From positions 132,426,020 to 132,464,407 of the forward strand of contig NC_068981.1 in the NCBI RefSeq assembly GCF_001194135.2: DNA of 38,388 nt. The letters run 5' to 3'. Shown here in pieces: positions 33,858 through 38,388 of this stretch. The notes under the pieces are model-generated. The model was not told where the DNA came from, made no database searches, and worked only from the letters and a program-made list of their open reading frames with translations. The translations under genes were made by a program, and so were the position numbers. The stretch comes from Octopus bimaculoides. Its lineage: Eukaryota. Numbering within the stretch: position 1 is the first letter of the stretch; every line of letters begins with the position of its first letter.

Positions 33858-34066
33858 CATCTATCTATCTATCACAAAACATACGACGAGCTTCTTTCAG
33901 TTTCCGCCTATCTAATCAACTCATAAGGTTTTGGTCACCCCAAGGCTATAGTAGAAAATACTTGCCCTAGGTGCCGCGCAGCAGGACTGAACCTAAGATC
34001 ACATTGCTAGGAAGCGAGTTTCTCAGCTACACAGCCACGCCTGTGCCCACGCCCTCTAGCCACCTA

Positions 34067-34145
<79 letters not shown>

Positions 34146-34843
34146 TATACTTGTAAGGTGTTTTAAGTACATTTGACATTTCATCAACGCTTTTTATCAA
34201 CGTTAGTGTCGTCTACAGAATCAAGTTAACATCATGTAATACAGGTATAAATATAAATCGTACTTTTAAGAACAGATTGAGATGAATCGAGTTACACATA
34301 ACTGGGAGGTATTTCGATTGAAAAGACGTGTGTGTAAAAACTACTTGTATTCTAAAAGTAACATTTAACCCCAAAACGTTGATGGCCTTTTGTCAAAATA
34401 TGAAATGGATGTGTGTGTGTGTGTGTGTCTATATATTCTGTTATTCTTTTATTCTTTTATTTGTTTCAATCATTTGACTGCAGCCATGCTGGAGCACCGC
34501 CTTTAGTCGAACAAATCGACCCCCAGGACTAATTCTTTGTAAGCCTAATACTTATTCTATCGATCACTTTTGCCGAGCCGCTAAGTTACGGAGACGTAAA
34601 CACACCAGCATCAGATGTCAAGTGATGGAGGAGGGACAAACACAGACACAGACACACACACACATATACACACACACATACACACACACATAGGACGGGC
34701 TTCTTTCAGTTTCCTCTACCAAATCCACTCACAAGGCTTTGGTCGACCGGAGGCTATAGCAGAAGCTACTTGCCCAAGGTGCTACGCAGTGGGACTGAAC
34801 TCAGAACCATGTGGTTGGTAAGCAAGCTACTTACCACACAGCC

Positions 34844-34845
<2 letters not shown>
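33395..34845 (-). mobile_element. Three SINE family B copies (head fragment 33395-33553; near-full 33570-34055 and 34445-34845) with embedded microsatellites
   Basis: On the minus strand: ggctgtgtggtaag A box, gttcagtccca B box, accttgggcaagt CORE-like motif, ccttgtgagtggatttggtag and the family B 3' half. Confidence 0.88.
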
Positions 34846-34846
<1 letters not shown>

Positions 34847-34874
<28 letters not shown>

Positions 34875-36243
34875 CTTCTTCTTCTTCTCAGAGCACCCGG
34901 TCTTGTTTGTTCTGTTTGCTCGGTCTTCTTTTCTCTTTTCGTACATGAAAAGCTTTGATACTTGGTTGTTAATTGTCGTGGGAGCACCATCTTCCTAGCT
35001 ACGCTAGTGTGTGAGACATTCAATATCCAATTACCAATCTCAAAATCCTAGCTGTCTCGGCAGAGCAGTTTTCTGAGCTTGCTCTGTTCTCATGTCAATT
35101 CCAATTTCTCGAACTTGGTTGTTAGTACTCCGAGTTCCCCTATGACTACTGGAATGACAGACACTCTCCTCAAAGTCCACATTTAATCTTTTTTAGGTAT
35201 TGCAATATCTATAATCTTGGTTTCCTTCTTCCTTTATCTAACACAACAATATCTGATCTCCGAGCATCGATTAGGGAGTCACATTGGATTGTAAAATCCG
35301 ACAATAGCTTATATTCCTTGTTCTCAATGACTCATTCTGGTTGATGTTCGTACCATTTCCCTGCTCTGTTCAGGCCGTATTTTTCACATAGCCATAGTGG
35401 ACGAACTTAGCCACGTTATAGTCTCTCCTTTTGTAGTGCTTTTGTGCCAGCTTTCTACACTCACTCACAATGTGAAAGTGTTTCGTTTCTGCTGTCACAT
35501 ATTCTACAAAGGGGCGATTGGCTACTGTTATCTATTTGGAACTTGGTGTAATTAGTTTTCAGAGCTTGTTCCTGGGCGCTGCATATCAATACCTCAGCGC
35601 ATCCTTTCAAATCACTTTTTCTTAGCCATCTCCAAGTGTTGATCATGTCTTTTCCTTCAATTTCTCTGAGGTATTGTCCATGCAGTAATTTTATTTTCCA
35701 GTTGTTTACTCTTTTTTCTTCTTTTTGTTTTTTAAATGTTTGTGGGTGCACCACATTTTCGGTATGTATTGTACTGTTAATTCTAACAGCAGCAAGCAAG
35801 GATTCACTGTGCTCTTTGATGTACCATCCCAGACTGTTATTTTCGTTGATAACACAGATCTTGCATCCTATGAAGTCTCTTCCTCCCTGTTCCTAGGTAC
35901 ACACAGTCTATCGGTATCGCTTTTGGGGCTTGTTAATTGTTATCACTTTTCTGGTTTTCCTGTTCATTTCCTCAAGCTCGTTCTTTATCCACCTAACAAC
36001 ACCTGCGCCTTAGCGCATTAAGTAAACAGCCCACGTGTTCATTGCTTTGATCTTGATTTTTTTTTCATTGAGCTTACTTCCCATAATTAATTTGGTTCTT
36101 CTGAGATATTCTCGCCTAAAGCTTTCCTTCATTTCACTTTCCTTGATTTTGTCGTATTCGAAAATCCCCAGATATTTATATCCATTAGTTTCAATATCCT
36201 TGATTTTCTCGCCGTTGGGTAGTTTTACACCATCAGACGACAC
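34847..36243 (-). mobile_element. R4/Dong-like LINE 3' fragment (RT thumb, CCHC, RLE) ending in (AAG)n
   Basis: GYKYLGIFEYDKIKESEMK...REYLRRTKLIMGSKLN; LHGQYLREIE...WRWLRKSDLK...LICSAQEQAL; CRICDSRNETLSH; DFTIQCDSLIDARRSDIVVLDK...IIDIAIP. (TTC)n on + at ~34846-34889. Confidence 0.85.
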
Positions 36244-36278
36244 TACTTAAACCCCAGAGGTGACATTAACTTTACATT

Positions 36279-36422
36279 GTGAGTTCAAATTCCGCCGAGG
36301 TCGACTTTGCCTTTCATCCTTTTGGGGTCGATAAATTAAGTACCAGTTGCGTACTGGGGGTCGATCTGATCGACTGGCCTCTCCCTCAAAATTTCAGGCC
36401 TTGTGCCTAGAGTAGAAAAAAA
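36279..36422 (+). mobile_element. 5'-truncated SINE family A with a third tail type (ggccttgtgcctagagtagaaa)
   Basis: gagttcaaattccgccgaggtcgactttgcctttcatccttttggggtcgataaattaagtacc. Confidence 0.9.
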
Positions 36423-36779
36423 GGAAAAATATATATATATGCATACAACATATATAAGCATACCACACCTTTTAGTCCCAAACTCCATTCCGATATCCTT
36501 ACTGAATATCTGCACTGATGAAACTAGGCCATTTATTTACGTTCGGTCTTCCCCAAAATCTTTAAGTCATCCATAATAACAGATGATTTAATTTTCCTCC
36601 ACTTTTCAAGGTGAACTCCGATGTCACTTTCTGTAGTATCTGTGTGATGTGTATCACACAAATCACGAACAGCAATGGTGATAGGTTTTCTCTTTGAAAT
36701 ATGCTTCTCGGTGTTAATCCTTGCTAAAATATTTTCCACATGAAGTTAACGCTGTGTTCCAGCTTTTCTGTCGTCGTCA

Positions 36780-37277
36780 TCATCATCATCATCATCATTG
36801 CCTTTGCGCAGCTTCTAACGCTGGAGATGTACTGCGGTGTCAGCTGTTCACTACCAGTGAACTAAGGTAACACCTCTTATTTTTCGAGCCCCTTCCGGAG
36901 TATTCGAGTGGTTCCAGGCAGTGCTATTTTCTGCAAGTGCTCCACCCTTATTGCAACCCCTATTTATTCCATGTACTTCTCGAGATTTTTACTCACTGTT
37001 CCCAAAGCTCCGACAATTATTTGTACTACTACCACCTTTTTCATCGACCACAACTGCTTAACCTCCCAAGCTAACCTGTCATATCTATCGACTTTTCTTT
37101 CTTCCTTATCGCATACCTTGTTGTCAGCTGGGCANNNNNNNNNNCATATCTATCGACTTTTCTTTCTTCCTTATCGCATACCTTGTTGTCAGCTGGGCAT
37201 GCTATATCTATGATCCAGCATAGTTTGTTTTCTTTCTCAATTAAGACTATGTCTGACTTCCTATTCTGAAAACTCAC
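36780..37277 (-). mobile_element. R4/Dong-like LINE 3' fragment (RLE plus 3' UTR) ending in (GAT)n
   Basis: NRKSDIVLIEKENKLCWIIDIACPAD...RYDRLAWEVKQLWSMKKVVVVQIIVGALGTV...LQKIALPGTTRILRKGLEK*. Confidence 0.88.
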
Positions 37278-37279
37278 GC

Positions 37280-38020
37280 CTTACTTTGCTGGGTATGATG
37301 GAAAGTGTCAGCTGTCCACAGCCAGCAGACTAAGGTGATACTTGTTTACTGGTCATGCTTCAAAAACCCTGTGAAGAATTTTTGCAGTTCCAAGTAATGC
37401 TGATTTCTGTAGGTGTTCCACCTTCACACTTATATCAATCATTTTAAGCCATGCTGGTAGTTGAGTGCTGATGCTTTCAAGTGCACCAATTACTATTGGT
37501 ATCACGTCTACTCTCCTCATTGACTACAACCTTCGTATTTCCCACTTCAAATCGTCATAGTTATTTATTTTTTCTTCTTCTTTCTCTTTGATCCTGTTGT
37601 CACCAGGACATGCTATATTGATTATCATGTATGTTCTTTCTTTTTTATTCACCACAACAATGTCCAGTTTCCGATGTCTGGTCAGGTAATCGCACTGAAT
37701 CACTGTATCCTACAGGATTTTGCAATTCTCATTCTCGGTGACTCTTTCTGGGGTTTGCTCATACCACGTCTTTGGTCTTGGTAGGCCGTGATTTCCACAG
37801 AGCTCCCAATAGATCATTCTTGTCACATTGTCATATTGTCTTTTGTATTCGCGTTGTGCCAATTTCGGGCATTCGCTAACGATGTGCTACACCGTTTCAC
37901 CCTTCTCACCATACATTCTGTATTTGTCGCTGTCGGTAGTTTGTCTATTCTGCACTTCACATAGTTGGTCCTTAACTCTTGCTCTTGAGCTGCGCATATA
38001 AATGATTCTGTCTCTATCTT
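37280..38020 (-). mobile_element. R4/Dong-like LINE 3' fragment (CCHC, RLE, 3' UTR), directly upstream of the previous copy
   Basis: TESFICAAQEQ; ETVAHIVSECPKLAQREYK; TVIQCDYLTRHRKLDIVVVNKK...INIACPGD; VIPIVIGALES...LQKSALLGTAKILHRVFEA*. Confidence 0.9.
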
Positions 38021-38388
38021 CGGGTCACTCTTCCTCCTCCCCTCCTCCTCCTTCTATATATATATATATATCTTATAGTAAAAATGGATACATAAGGGTG
38101 GAAAATCACAGGAACAATACCATATGTCCAACGTAAGATACAATATGTGTGTTCAATTCCTTCAAGAATCAATAAATGAATTTATAGTATTCAGTCTCTA
38201 AAGTGTCTAAAAGGTACGGTAAAAAGACCAGCAAATACAACAATAAAAACTTTAGAAATATCATGAATGTTCAAAATATTTATTAAAAGAATATTTATAA
38301 ATATGCATGATTTCTAAGTTGTATAAAAATATGACAAATTAAAGTTAAAACATTACGATGTGTAAACATACATTATGATATAACATAT

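Noticed and set aside
37080-37199. 55-bp direct repeat in the RLE coding region
   Set aside because: Identical copies sit either side of a 10-N gap: an assembly overlap artefact.

Overview
This is eukaryotic, AT-rich, microsatellite-rich DNA from a gapped draft assembly with 10 N-runs (about 3 kb in total). The SINE sequences look like those I recall from Octopus; that attribution is an unverified inference. I cannot support any intact host protein-coding gene, tRNA/rRNA gene or CRISPR array. The window is almost entirely nested, decayed transposable elements: a Ty3/gypsy gag-pol remnant split by later insertions, three ORF1 copies and one ORF2 remnant of a Tx1/L1-like LINE family, two Helitron remnants, a DD41D-type Tc1/mariner, five R4/Dong-like RLE-LINE fragments, a Penelope GIY-YIG fragment, four MITEs and many tRNA-derived SINEs (labelled families A-D here). 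Two things stand out. (1) A tRNA-headed SINE-like element (family D, 20040-20441, second copy at 27734-27850) carries a minimal type I hammerhead ribozyme with a palindromic stem III; it lies beside a Penelope endonuclease fragment, and an unrelated hammerhead sits in an inverted repeat at 28820-29011. (2) An apparently sequence-specific Tx1-like system: LINE remnants, an ORF1-only (HAL1-like) element and a SINE share one ~45-nt 3' tail, make 26-28 bp TSDs and insert at GAA(A/T)(A/C)GTTA, which is the A-box region of SINE family A itself. All calls come from reading the sequence by eye; no searches were run.
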